A stretch of DNA of 64,000 bases from Candidatus Cloacimonadales bacterium. GTDB taxonomy: Bacteria > Cloacimonadota > Cloacimonadia > Cloacimonadales > JAFGVF01. The stretch covers positions 96,001 to 160,000 of the forward strand of contig CAXXOU010000004.1 in NCBI GenBank assembly GCA_963677495.2, written 5' to 3'. Positions within the stretch are counted from its first letter, which is position 1, and each line of letters starts with the position of its first letter. Shown here one piece after another: positions 20,970 through 31,143 of the stretch. The notes under the pieces were generated by a model. The model was not told where the DNA came from. It saw only the letters and a program-made list of their open reading frames with translations, and made no database searches. Position numbers and translations under genes: made by a program.

Positions 20970-23702
20970 ATGTCTGAAACAAAAAGAGTATATACCTTTG
21001 GAAATGGAAAAGCTGAAGGAAACAGCTCGTTAAAGAACCTTTTGGGTGGTAAAGGTGCTAACCTTGCTGAAATGAATTTAATCGGTGTTCCTGTACCTCC
21101 GGGATTCACAATCACAACTGACGTTTGTACTGAGTACTATGAAGTTGGTGAAGACAAAATGAAAGATATCCTTACAGCAGAAGTTGAAGCAGCTGTAAAA
21201 TCACTTGAAGAAATCCTTGGAACAGAGTTTGGTTCTAAAGAGAATCCTTTACTTGTATCAGTTCGTTCAGGTGCTAGAGTTTCTATGCCTGGTATGATGG
21301 ATACAGTTCTTAACCTTGGTTTGAATGATGATGCTGTTGAAGGTATCGCTAAGAAATCAGGTAACCCACGTTTTGCTTGGGATTCATACCGTCGTTTTGT
21401 TCAGATGTATGGTGACGTTGTGCTTGATATGAAACCATCATCAAAAGAAGAGATCGATCCTTTCGAACAGATTATAGAAGATATCAAAGAAGAGAAAGGT
21501 GTTGAGAATGACCTTGATCTTACAACTGAAGACCTTAAAGTTCTTGTAGCTCGTTTCAAAGAAGCAGTTAAGAAAAATACCGGTAAAGAATTCCCTGAAA
21601 GTCCTTGGGACCAGCTTTGGGGAGCAGTCTTTGCAGTATTCGGTAGCTGGAACAATGAAAGAGCTATCTATTATAGAAAAATGAATGGTTTCCTTGATTC
21701 ATGGGGAACAGCTGTAAACGTTCAAGCAATGGTTTACGGTAACATGGGTGAAAACTCAGCTACCGGTGTTGCCTTCACACGTGACGCTGCTACCGGTGAG
21801 AACATCTTTAATGGTGAATATCTTATCAATGCACAGGGTGAAGACGTTGTTGCAGGTATCAGAACTCCACAGGAAATTACTCTTGAAGGTTCACACCGTT
21901 GGGCAAAACTTGCAGGTGTTACTGAAGAGGACAGAAAAGCTAACTATCCTTCACTTGAAGAAGCTATGCCTGTTGTTTATAAAGAGCTCTTTGATGTTCA
22001 AGAAAGACTTGAAAACCATTACAAAGATATGCAGGATCTTGAGTTCACTATCCAGGATGGTAAACTTTGGTTACTCCAAACTCGTACAGGCAAAAGAACC
22101 GGTGCTGCTATGGTTAGAATGGCTGTTGAAATGCTCGAAGAAAAGTTTATCGACGAGAAAACAGCTCTTATGCGCGTTGAACCGGGTAAATTAGATGAAC
22201 TTCTTCATCCTGTATTCGAAAAAGAAGCTTTAGCTAGTGCTAAAGAAATTGCTAAGGGTCTTCCTGCATCTCCAGGTGCAGCATCAGGTAAAATCTGTTT
22301 CTTCTCAGAAGAAGCTGAAGCTATCGTTAATGCTAACAAAGATGAAAAACTTATCCTTGTTAGAATCGAAACTTCTCCTGAAGACCTTGCAGGTATGAAC
22401 ACTGCACAGGGTATCCTTACAGCTCGTGGTGGTATGACTTCTCATGCTGCTGTTGTTGCTCGTGGAATGGGTAAATGCTGTGTATCAGGTGTTGGTGCTC
22501 TTCAAATTGATTATAAAGCCAGAACTATGACAGTTGATGGTGTTGTATATAAAGAGGGTGATTTCATCTCTCTTAACGGTTCAACCGGTAAAGTTTATGA
22601 AGGTAATATCGCTACAATCGATGCTGAGCTTTCAGGAAACTTCGGTAAGTTAATGGACCTTACAAAGAAATTCACAAGAATGTATGTTAGAACAAACGCT
22701 GACAGCCCACACGATGCTGAAGTTGCACGTAACTTCGGTGCTGAAGGTATTGGTCTTTGCCGTACAGAGCATATGTTCTTCGAAGGTGAAAGAATCAAAG
22801 CTATGCGTGAAATGATTCTTGCTGAAGATGTTGAAGGCAGAAAAGTAGCTCTTGAAAAGATTCTTCCTTACCAAAGAGAAGACTTCGAAGGTATCTTCAA
22901 AGCAATGAGCGGATTTGGTGTGACAGTGCGTCTTCTTGATCCACCATTACACGAGTTCGTACCACATGAGGAAGCAAGTCAGAAGATTATGGCTGAAGAG
23001 ATGGGAATAACAGTTGAAGAAGTTCAGAAGAAAGTTGAAGACCTTCATGAGTTCAACCCAATGCTCGGACACCGTGGTTGCCGTCTTGGTAACACATATC
23101 CTGAAATCACAGAGATGCAGGCTAGAGCTATTATTGAAGCTGCACTTAACGTGAAAGCTGAAGGTTTTGATCCAAAACCTGAAATCATGGTTCCACTCGT
23201 AGGTGTATACCAAGAGCTTAAATTACAGTCTGAAATCATTAAGGCAACTGCAGAGAAAGTATTTGAAGAGAAAGGCGACAGAATCGATTACATGGTTGGT
23301 ACTATGATTGAGATTCCTCGTGCTGCTCTTACAGCTGACCAGGTTGCTGAGTACGCTGAGTTCTTCTCATTCGGTACTAATGACCTTACTCAGATGACAT
23401 TCGGTTACTCTCGTGACGATTATGGTAAATTCAAAGATGTATATCTTGATGCAAAACTTCTTGATGTTGATCCATTTGAAAGCTTAGACCAGACAGGTGT
23501 TGGTCAGCTTGTTGAAATGGGTGTTCAGAAAGGTAGAACTACAAGACCTGAACTTAAGGTTGGTATTTGTGGTGAGCATGGTGGAGAACCTAAATCAGTT
23601 GAATTCTGTCACAGAACAGGACTTAACTATGTAAGTTGCTCTCCTTTCCGTGTACCAATCGCACGTCTTGCTGCTGCTCAAGCTGCTGCTAGAGAGTTAT
23701 AA
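20970..23702 (+). CDS. ppdK: Pyruvate, phosphate dikinase
   Basis: LLGGKGANLAEM, SMPGMMDTVLNLG, phospho-His motif GGMTSHAAVVARG, FSFGTNDLTQ and GICGEHGG. Confidence 0.99.
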   Translation: MSETKRVYTFGNGKAEGNSSLKNLLGGKGANLAEMNLIGVPVPPGFTITTDVCTEYYEVGEDKMKDILTAEVEAAVKSLEEILGTEFGSKENPLLVSVRSGARVSMPGMMDTVLNLGLNDDAVEGIAKKSGNPRFAWDSYRRFVQMYGDVVLDMKPSSKEEIDPFEQIIEDIKEEKGVENDLDLTTEDLKVLVARFKEAVKKNTGKEFPESPWDQLWGAVFAVFGSWNNERAIYYRKMNGFLDSWGTAVNVQAMVYGNMGENSATGVAFTRDAATGENIFNGEYLINAQGEDVVAGIRTPQEITLEGSHRWAKLAGVTEEDRKANYPSLEEAMPVVYKELFDVQERLENHYKDMQDLEFTIQDGKLWLLQTRTGKRTGAAMVRMAVEMLEEKFIDEKTALMRVEPGKLDELLHPVFEKEALASAKEIAKGLPASPGAASGKICFFSEEAEAIVNANKDEKLILVRIETSPEDLAGMNTAQGILTARGGMTSHAAVVARGMGKCCVSGVGALQIDYKARTMTVDGVVYKEGDFISLNGSTGKVYEGNIATIDAELSGNFGKLMDLTKKFTRMYVRTNADSPHDAEVARNFGAEGIGLCRTEHMFFEGERIKAMREMILAEDVEGRKVALEKILPYQREDFEGIFKAMSGFGVTVRLLDPPLHEFVPHEEASQKIMAEEMGITVEEVQKKVEDLHEFNPMLGHRGCRLGNTYPEITEMQARAIIEAALNVKAEGFDPKPEIMVPLVGVYQELKLQSEIIKATAEKVFEEKGDRIDYMVGTMIEIPRAALTADQVAEYAEFFSFGTNDLTQMTFGYSRDDYGKFKDVYLDAKLLDVDPFESLDQTGVGQLVEMGVQKGRTTRPELKVGICGEHGGEPKSVEFCHRTGLNYVSCSPFRVPIARLAAAQAAAREL

Positions 23703-23726
23703 GATATTATATAGCTAAGAAATAGA

Positions 23727-23756
23727 TAAACGGCTCCGGTAAACGGAGCCGTTTTA
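23727..23756 (+). terminator. Intrinsic terminator after ppdK
   Basis: AAACGGCTCCG-GTAAA-CGGAGCCGTTTT. Confidence 0.9.
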
Positions 23757-24004
23757 TTATATGCCAAAGGTATACTTGGAGTGTAGTATAATATAAAATA
23801 AGTTGACAGAAAATAACTGTAAGTAAATTATAGGCTGACCCTTTTGAGGTAACCGCAATAAAGAGATAAGATTACGGCAAGAAACCTAGCATAGCTTACC
23901 GGTTAGGTTTGTGATTTAGTTCTGTATCAAGGTAAGAGGTCTAAAATATGATGCAATTTTACCTTGTTACTTGATAACAACAAATCAGTTAAAGGAGATG
24001 AAAG

Positions 24005-25294
24005 ATGAAACGTATCTTATTTGCATTTGTTTTGTGTATACCTTTGTTGATGTCTGCAATTCTACCAAGTAACCAAATGAACCAAACAAATTCACCATTT
24101 AACGTGTCACGTGAGTGGAACATAACGTCAGTATTAAGAGAATATGATAGTGAGGGTAATTGGAATCCTTCTGAAAGAAGTATATATTACTATAATCCCT
24201 TACATACATCGGCAATTGACTCAATTGTAGTTGAAAGCTGGAATGTTTCAACTGCAAGTTGGGAGGAAGTTGCAAAGACCATTCTAACATATGATGAAAC
24301 CTACGAATATATCATAGAAGGTATCAACTATTTTAACATGATGGGGATGGTATTCCCTTATGCACGTCATGAAGCTGACTATGATGACTCAGCAAGATTA
24401 ACTAATTATCGAGTTTATCTATATGGATTTGTGAATAGGAACGAGATGTTAGTTAATCAGACAATGTTCCAATATAATACAGGTTCAGAGTTTGAAATGT
24501 TTTCATATAAGACAGGTTTAGATAGACCAATGGATGAATGGGAACATTCAACATTTACATATGATGCACAGGGAAGAATCATTAATGAAACAATTGAAAC
24601 ATCAGTTGATTCTTTAAACTGGGATCTCAATAAGAGATACACTAATCAATATCACCCTAATGATAATACTACAGGTCAATCTTTTATAGAAGCCTTAGCA
24701 CATTTGATGCCACGTTCTATGATACTCAATGATGTTAGTTTTGTTGGTATGACAAGTTCGATAACTGAAGAACATTGGAGTGGAATTGATTGGGTCCCAG
24801 ATACAATAGAGGATTATGCATGGGATGATGATGAAAACTTATCAGAAATAATTCTACAATATTGGTTAACAGATGCATGGATCCCGGATTCCAGAACAGA
24901 TTATTTCTATGATACTAATGGTAATAATTCACAACAAATTGACTCATACTGGGATGATGGTAGCTGGTATCATTCCAGGAGATTAACGTTTAATTGGAAT
25001 AATACAACAGAAAATTGCAATGATGTTCAAGAGATGCAGACAGTAAAGCTACATGTATTTCCAAATCCTTTTACATCATCAACTGTCTTCAAAACCGATG
25101 AAAAATCAATCACAGATATTAGTGTATTTAACTTAAGGGGACAACTAGTCAGGAAGTTGAATAGTAACAATAAGCATGAAGTGTATTGGGACGGTAAGAA
25201 CAGTAAAGGTAAAGAAGTTGCAACAGGATTGTATTTTATTAGGGCAAAACACAATAAACAATCATCATCTGTGAAGGTGTTGAAAGTTAAATAG
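24005..25294 (+). CDS. Secreted protein with W...YtYD repeats and a FlgD-Ig/T9SS-type C-terminal domain
   Basis: Signal peptide, repeated 'W.P..R..Y.YD..G' units and C-terminal VFPNPF...WDGKN..G.EVATGLYF...KVLKVK. Confidence 0.85.
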   Translation: MKRILFAFVLCIPLLMSAILPSNQMNQTNSPFNVSREWNITSVLREYDSEGNWNPSERSIYYYNPLHTSAIDSIVVESWNVSTASWEEVAKTILTYDETYEYIIEGINYFNMMGMVFPYARHEADYDDSARLTNYRVYLYGFVNRNEMLVNQTMFQYNTGSEFEMFSYKTGLDRPMDEWEHSTFTYDAQGRIINETIETSVDSLNWDLNKRYTNQYHPNDNTTGQSFIEALAHLMPRSMILNDVSFVGMTSSITEEHWSGIDWVPDTIEDYAWDDDENLSEIILQYWLTDAWIPDSRTDYFYDTNGNNSQQIDSYWDDGSWYHSRRLTFNWNNTTENCNDVQEMQTVKLHVFPNPFTSSTVFKTDEKSITDISVFNLRGQLVRKLNSNNKHEVYWDGKNSKGKEVATGLYFIRAKHNKQSSSVKVLKVK

Positions 25295-25319
25295 ATAACT
25301 AAGATTATTATCTGACGAT

Positions 25320-25350
25320 ATGGAGATAAGTTGGAACTTATCTCCATTTT
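25320..25350 (+). terminator. Intrinsic terminator
   Basis: ATGGAGATAAGTT-GG-AACTTATCTCCAT followed by TTTT. Confidence 0.75.
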
Positions 25351-25440
25351 TAAATTGAAACAGATGATATATATCAATAATTGTTTGACATCTTTTATTC
25401 AATTTTGATAAAATACAACCAAATATCTTGCGGAGGGGAA

Positions 25441-26022
25441 ATGCAAGTAACCGTTATTGATGGATGTGGAATATATGATGAATTTGCTAGTGTTCTTAGG
25501 GATTGTTTTATTCAGAATTTGAACAATGAGTCGCTAGAGTGTAAAATCATTTCGTTGGATAAACTTGATATTACTCCATGCATAGGTTGCTTGGATTGCT
25601 GGTTTAAAAATCCTGGAAAATGCAGGTTTGAGGACGATATGGAAACAGTGATGAAAGAACAAGTTAACTGTGATTTTATCATATATTTAGGAGATGTAAT
25701 TTTTGGAAGTTTTACATCAACATTAAAAGTTGGTATTGATCGATCAGTAAGTATGTTTCAACCTTTCTTCATCAAAGAAAGAGATGAGACACACCACGTG
25801 CTAAGATACCCCCCAAAAAAAGGGATCTATTTTATTGGGATTTTACCCAAAGAATCAATAGAGGAAGTTAGTGATACTTTTATTAGATATGTAAAGAAGA
25901 TGCAGAAAGAGATGCCGGTTGCCAACACGGCGACATTATTGCTCCATCGTGAGAGTGATGCAACTAAAGAGTGTGCGAGAATGCGCACAATTATGAAAGA
26001 GGAGCTATTGTGCAAGCTTTGA
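25441..26022 (+). CDS. Flavodoxin-family (iron-sulfur flavoprotein-like) protein
   Basis: PCIGCLDCW..NPGKC...DD motif. The ATG at 25441 follows a GGAGGGG RBS. Confidence 0.8.
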   Translation: MQVTVIDGCGIYDEFASVLRDCFIQNLNNESLECKIISLDKLDITPCIGCLDCWFKNPGKCRFEDDMETVMKEQVNCDFIIYLGDVIFGSFTSTLKVGIDRSVSMFQPFFIKERDETHHVLRYPPKKGIYFIGILPKESIEEVSDTFIRYVKKMQKEMPVANTATLLLHRESDATKECARMRTIMKEELLCKL

Positions 26023-26663
26023 TATTGATGGGAAGTCCGAAAGCTAAAAAATCTAACTCATATGCAATTGCCAGCTATCTTATCGAAAAACTTGAGAATG
26101 AGGGGGTTCGATGTCATACTATTCATATACTTGCAAATTTTGCTAAACTTTCAGAGATTATAAACTATCTCGAGAAAGTTGATATACTGATCTTATCATC
26201 TCCCTTATATTCTTGTGCTTTACCAAGCCATGTTACATATCTTTTTGAAAGAGTTTATTCTAAAAAAACATTGCTTCCTAAAAAAGATATTTCTACTTTT
26301 CTGCTCGTTAACTCAGGATTCCCTGAAAGCAACCAAAATGAAGTCGCAGTAGATGTATTTAAAAATTGGAGTTTAATGTGTGGCTTTGATTATAAAGGAG
26401 CTGCACAGATTGGAATGGGCCCTGCTTTAGGTGGGAAAGCACTTAGTAAAAAGAGTTTCACTCGAAAACTAAGGAGTAACTTGTCTGTTGTTGCAAAAAA
26501 CTTAGCAAACAATAGACGAATCTCTCCCTTAACAATAGAGAATTTAAAAAGACCATTTTTCTCACGAAAGAGCTATAGGAATGTTGCTACAATTAGGTAT
26601 AGATTTCTGTTCAATAAGGCTAGGGTTAAACCTGATTTACAACCATACTTATACAAGAACTAA
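26010..26663 (+). CDS. Flavodoxin-like NAD(P)H-dependent oxidoreductase
   Basis: GSPKAKKSNS, SSPLY and NSGFPE motifs. The GTG start at 26010 follows GAGGAG and overlaps the upstream gene. Confidence 0.78.
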   Translation: MQALILMGSPKAKKSNSYAIASYLIEKLENEGVRCHTIHILANFAKLSEIINYLEKVDILILSSPLYSCALPSHVTYLFERVYSKKTLLPKKDISTFLLVNSGFPESNQNEVAVDVFKNWSLMCGFDYKGAAQIGMGPALGGKALSKKSFTRKLRSNLSVVAKNLANNRRISPLTIENLKRPFFSRKSYRNVATIRYRFLFNKARVKPDLQPYLYKN

Positions 26664-27538
26664 TCTCTTTGCTTTAGATAATAGTTTAAACTCACTTTCA
26701 TTGTTGTTAAAGTAATCTCCTTCATGTCTGGCTTAGTTTCTAATTTCTTTATGAGTTGGATAGCCCTAGAGACCTCACCATTGTTTTCTAATGCTATTAA
26801 ATAGAATCTGAAAGCATCTATGTCAGTGTTAATTTTTAGGATATAATCTTCAAGTAATGTTATCCCTTTCTCATAAAAACCTGCGTTTATAGCTGCACGA
26901 GCATAAATGTAGATGTATCTAAGTCGCCAAGCTGTATCATGAAGTTTTCTTTCTACCTGATTAAAAGCCTTGCAAGCTAGATAGTTTTCACCAATCATGT
27001 ATTGAATTATTCCACCTAAAGCAATAATCCTAGCGTCGTTATCGAATTCCAATCTACCAATTTTAACATATTCAAGAGCCTTTTTAAATTGACCTGACTG
27101 TGCTAGAATTTCAATATATTGTATGAACGTTTCAGGGTAGGGTGAATCACCAATGTATTCATCAAGAAGATTTATAGCATCATTGAAACGATTTAATCTG
27201 TGAAGAACGAACACTTTTTTGTGTACAAGATGGATAGGTAAGTCTTCTAGCATATCAAAATATTTGAGTGAAGAGATAAAATCGTCAATCATCAAATATG
27301 CATCAGCAGTTTTACCAATTAGTTCTTGGTTGGAACCACCACTATTGATTGCTAGTTTATATAAATCAATACTTTTATTAGGAACATTCTTTTGTAAGTA
27401 AATATCTCCCATTAGCTCATATAATGCAGGCTCTTCCGGGTTGTTAGCAATTCCATCTCTAATGAAGTTTACAGCTTTTAACCAATTTGTACTTGCTAAC
27501 TCTCTTGCATTCATTAATAGTTTTTCAATGTTATCCAT
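26660..27538 (-). CDS. Tetratricopeptide-repeat protein
   Basis: Helical repeats with a TPR-like pattern (LYELMGDIY...SIDLYKLAI). Abuts dusB. Confidence 0.7.
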   Translation of the reverse strand: MDNIEKLLMNARELASTNWLKAVNFIRDGIANNPEEPALYELMGDIYLQKNVPNKSIDLYKLAINSGGSNQELIGKTADAYLMIDDFISSLKYFDMLEDLPIHLVHKKVFVLHRLNRFNDAINLLDEYIGDSPYPETFIQYIEILAQSGQFKKALEYVKIGRLEFDNDARIIALGGIIQYMIGENYLACKAFNQVERKLHDTAWRLRYIYIYARAAINAGFYEKGITLLEDYILKINTDIDAFRFYLIALENNGEVSRAIQLIKKLETKPDMKEITLTTMKVSLNYYLKQRD

Positions 27539-28507
27539 CTATATCCTAAACAGCTTTTTTAATTCTTTCATGATTGTATCAACATTAGTAGTCTGATTGA
27601 TTAAGTTTCTAGTCTTAGAACCTCCGGGAATTCCTTTAGTATAAGTACTAACATGTGCTCTAAACTCTTTAACTGCTTGTTCTTGTTTATTCTCATTGTC
27701 CTCAAGAACATATTTTAAATGCTTTTCCACGATTTTGTATTTATAATAGAAATCCAAAGGAACTGAATATTCACCATCTAGGTAAGCTCTGATCTCTTTG
27801 AATATCCAAGGTTTGCCTAAACTACCCCTTCCAATCATAATTGAGTCACATTCTGTTGAATCAAACATCTCTATTGCAGTTAGAACATCATTTATGTCTC
27901 CATTTCCGATAACAGGTATAGAAACAGCTTTCTTTAACTCTTTAATATGTTCCCAGTTTGCAGTGCCTGAAAAGAGCTGAGATCTGGTTCTTGGGTGTAA
28001 ACACATTAAATCTGCACCGGCATCTTCCATTCTTTTACCGTAATCAAGATAGTTTAGAGAATCGAAATCCCAACCAGAACGGAACTTGGTAGAGAGAACT
28101 ATTCCGGTACCTGAGAGTACTTTTTTTACCTCTTTTACTATCTCCATCGCCAACTCTGGTGTCTGCATTAATGCTGAGCCAGCTCCCCGTTTTACAACTT
28201 TCTTTACCGGACATCCCATGTTTATATCAATACCGTCCGGTTTAAGCTGAGCAATGATATCTGCACCTTTTGCCATTATCTCGGGTTTATTACCAAATAT
28301 TTGAACAAAGTAAGGTCTCTGTTCTTCAGTAGATTTAGCATACTTAATAGTATTACTTTGACCATATACAAGACCATCTGCACTAACCATCTCACTTACA
28401 AGTACATCGACTCCACATTCTTTGCATATGCGTCTGAAAGCATTATCTGTGTAACCGGCAAGTGGTGCGAGCCAGATTTTCTTCTTTATTACTTCGTCTA
28501 ACTTCAT
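27539..28507 (-). CDS. dusB: tRNA-dihydrouridine synthase B
   Basis: LAPLAG.TD, IDINMGCP, HPRT, GNGDI and MIGRG motifs. Confidence 0.93.
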   Translation of the reverse strand: MKLDEVIKKKIWLAPLAGYTDNAFRRICKECGVDVLVSEMVSADGLVYGQSNTIKYAKSTEEQRPYFVQIFGNKPEIMAKGADIIAQLKPDGIDINMGCPVKKVVKRGAGSALMQTPELAMEIVKEVKKVLSGTGIVLSTKFRSGWDFDSLNYLDYGKRMEDAGADLMCLHPRTRSQLFSGTANWEHIKELKKAVSIPVIGNGDINDVLTAIEMFDSTECDSIMIGRGSLGKPWIFKEIRAYLDGEYSVPLDFYYKYKIVEKHLKYVLEDNENKQEQAVKEFRAHVSTYTKGIPGGSKTRNLINQTTNVDTIMKELKKLFRI

Positions 28508-29250
28508 TAAATCAATCCTTTCAACTTATACATGAATAACGAAGCGGCGATCGCAGCATTTAGTGACTCAATGTTATCCGTTTGAGGTAATCTGACTTTG
28601 TGGTCAAGGTGCTTGATTATCTCATCTCTAATTCCATGGGCTTCAGATCCTATCACTAAGACTATATTGGTTTTGGGTATCTCCATATCTCTAATATCGA
28701 TTGAATCTTCTAAAACTGCACCAATCTTGGTCCCTGAAAGAGACAATAGTTTATCCGGAGATCCAATTTCTACAGGAACGCTAAACACAGTACCAAGGGA
28801 TGAACGGATAACTTTTGGAGATAGGAGTTCGCAACTATCTTCTGATAATAGTATTCCTGAAACACCTACTGCTACAGCGGTTCTAATGATTGTACCAAGA
28901 TTACCCGGATCAGATATCCCATCAAGATATAGTATAAAATCATGCTTAGTAACAGCTTTTGATTTTGTAGGGAAGAGACATGCTATATCTTGTGGATGCT
29001 CTGTATCACATATCGATTTCATTTGTTGAGGAGTTACATCATAGTAGTCAACTCTTACATCTTCAAGAAACGGAAAGTCTTTGTGAGAATTCCCTTGTTT
29101 AATATATACCTCAATAGGTCTAAGTCCATTGTTTATGACTTGTTCAACTGTTCGATACCCCTCTACAACTACCTGCTTCTTAAGTTTCCTAAACTTCTTT
29201 TGCTGGAGTTTCTTTAAATCTTTACAAGCATTCTTACTTAATGGCTTCAT
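28507..29250 (-). CDS. TrmH/SpoU-family RNA 2'-O-methyltransferase
   Basis: DPGNLGTIIRTA, IGSEAHG and ESLNAA SPOUT motifs. Confidence 0.93.
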   Translation of the reverse strand: MKPLSKNACKDLKKLQQKKFRKLKKQVVVEGYRTVEQVINNGLRPIEVYIKQGNSHKDFPFLEDVRVDYYDVTPQQMKSICDTEHPQDIACLFPTKSKAVTKHDFILYLDGISDPGNLGTIIRTAVAVGVSGILLSEDSCELLSPKVIRSSLGTVFSVPVEIGSPDKLLSLSGTKIGAVLEDSIDIRDMEIPKTNIVLVIGSEAHGIRDEIIKHLDHKVRLPQTDNIESLNAAIAASLFMYKLKGLI

Positions 29251-30922
29251 AGAAAACCTTTCTTAACTCCTCTTTGTCAATAGTATCAATTTGATGGTTG
29301 AAGTCACCATTACTGTCTATCATATATTGTTTAGCATATTCAATAAAGATATCTGAATCCAGTAAGAACTCAGCAATATGTTTATCGATCTCTTTAGCTC
29401 CTACAGCAAGACCCAAAATTTTAAACGTCTCAGTTAAAGGTTTACCTTTTTTATATGGTCTATCAGAAGCTGTTAATGCTTCGAACATATCTGCAACAGC
29501 CAAAATACGTGATTGGATAGGTAGCTGCTCAGCACTAAGATGTTTAGGATAACCTTTACCATTTAACTTTTCGTGGTGAGAAGCAGCATATAATGGAACA
29601 TTCTTGTATTTTCTTGGGAAGCTTAATTCAGAAAGTATATCCCATGATACTTGAGCATGGTTGTTCATGATCTCTCTTTCTTCAGGTGTAAATGTTCCTT
29701 TTCTAATACTAAGGTTCTTTAGCTCAAAGTCGTTTATAATATAGTATTCTTCTCCATCTGAATAATATCTGAATTGATGAATCTCTTTGAGTTTGTCAAT
29801 CGCTTCATCAGAAAGGAATTCACCACCGACATTAGCAACTTCGATGAACTCAAGATAGTCATGAACTTGATTGATTAATAACTGAGATTTCTCTCGGTTT
29901 TCATTATCCACTCCGGGTTTATGTGATTCTTTCAGCATAGCTTGCTGGATTAACTGACATCTGAGCCTGATGATTTCTACACCATCCATCATCTTTTCTA
30001 GTTTTGTAGCTTTATCCATAATGAATTCAGGAGTTGATATCTTACCAACATCGTGCATCCATCCGGCTATAGAGATTTCGGCGATTTCATTAGCATTAAA
30101 GTTCAAATCTTTGAAATGCCCGAAGTCAGCATCATTTATCGAGTTACTAATCATCTCAGTCAGTGTTGCTACTTTAGCTATATGTCCACCGGTATACTTA
30201 GATTTCTTATCGATTGCCACCGCAATTGCTTTGATAACCTGCCTGATTAGTTTTTCCAAGTCTTCGATAAGATGTTTATTGGAAAGAGATATTGCGGCTT
30301 GAGATGCAAGTGAGTTTAGCATAACTATATGTTCAGGAGAAAAACTTATTATGTTGTTTTCTTTATCCATAGCATTGATTAGCTGAATTACACCTAGGAT
30401 TTCTCCCTCATGATTTTTAAGTGGGATTGCCACCATAGATTTACTTCTATAGCTATTTGTTTTGTCAATCTCCCTTGTTTTCTCTGCATCAAACATGTTT
30501 TGTTTATATACATCATCAAAGTTCTGAATCTTCTTTGTATGGAACACATATGAGACCATATTCTTTAGAATCTTATTCCCCTGCTCATCAAAAAGCTGTA
30601 CTACCGGCCAGTTTAATTCTCCATGAGTACCACCAATATGCAGATTCATGGATCTATTATAAACAAGTTTATACTCTAATGAGCGATTATCTGAGCTAAC
30701 AGTATAAATTGTGGCTCCATCAGAATTCGTATATTCCAGTGCTTCTTGTAGGATCAAATCAAGAATCTTGTTAATATCATTTTCACTTGATAATGCTTCA
30801 CCAATCTGAGTTAACTGCTTGATATGCTCAAGCTGTCTCTGAGCATGGAAGTTGATTGTATCAACAACAGTATTTAGCATTTCATTGATTTCAGGATCAG
30901 AACTAAATGTATAATTTCGCAT
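29234..30922 (-). CDS. GAF + HD-GYP cyclic-di-nucleotide phosphodiesterase
   Basis: GAF (SMVAIPLKNHEGEILGVIQLIN), YTGGH, WMHDVGK, HHEKLNGKGYP and DRPYK. The start was chosen at the ATG after GGAG; the ORF extends to 30973. Confidence 0.9.
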   Translation of the reverse strand: MRNYTFSSDPEINEMLNTVVDTINFHAQRQLEHIKQLTQIGEALSSENDINKILDLILQEALEYTNSDGATIYTVSSDNRSLEYKLVYNRSMNLHIGGTHGELNWPVVQLFDEQGNKILKNMVSYVFHTKKIQNFDDVYKQNMFDAEKTREIDKTNSYRSKSMVAIPLKNHEGEILGVIQLINAMDKENNIISFSPEHIVMLNSLASQAAISLSNKHLIEDLEKLIRQVIKAIAVAIDKKSKYTGGHIAKVATLTEMISNSINDADFGHFKDLNFNANEIAEISIAGWMHDVGKISTPEFIMDKATKLEKMMDGVEIIRLRCQLIQQAMLKESHKPGVDNENREKSQLLINQVHDYLEFIEVANVGGEFLSDEAIDKLKEIHQFRYYSDGEEYYIINDFELKNLSIRKGTFTPEEREIMNNHAQVSWDILSELSFPRKYKNVPLYAASHHEKLNGKGYPKHLSAEQLPIQSRILAVADMFEALTASDRPYKKGKPLTETFKILGLAVGAKEIDKHIAEFLLDSDIFIEYAKQYMIDSNGDFNHQIDTIDKEELRKVFYEAIK

Positions 30923-31106
30923 ATATTGCTCCATCTTGTAATTATCATTAATAATTATTAAAGATGATTGCATTAGTCAATAAAAAACCTACTTATCATG
31001 ATTTTTGTGGGAACATGTTCTAAAATTGATGTAGATATACTATGTTTTTGGTGAAATCGAAAAGGTTAAACTGAAATGAAAATGAGTTATACTACTTGCA
31101 GAGGTT

Positions 31107-31137
31107 AAAAAAAGGGGCTTTGTCAAAAGCCCCTTTA
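31107..31137 (-). terminator. Intrinsic terminator
   Basis: AAAGGGGCTTT/AAAGCCCCTTT stem with an A run on the + strand. Confidence 0.85.
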
Positions 31138-31143
31138 ATATGT

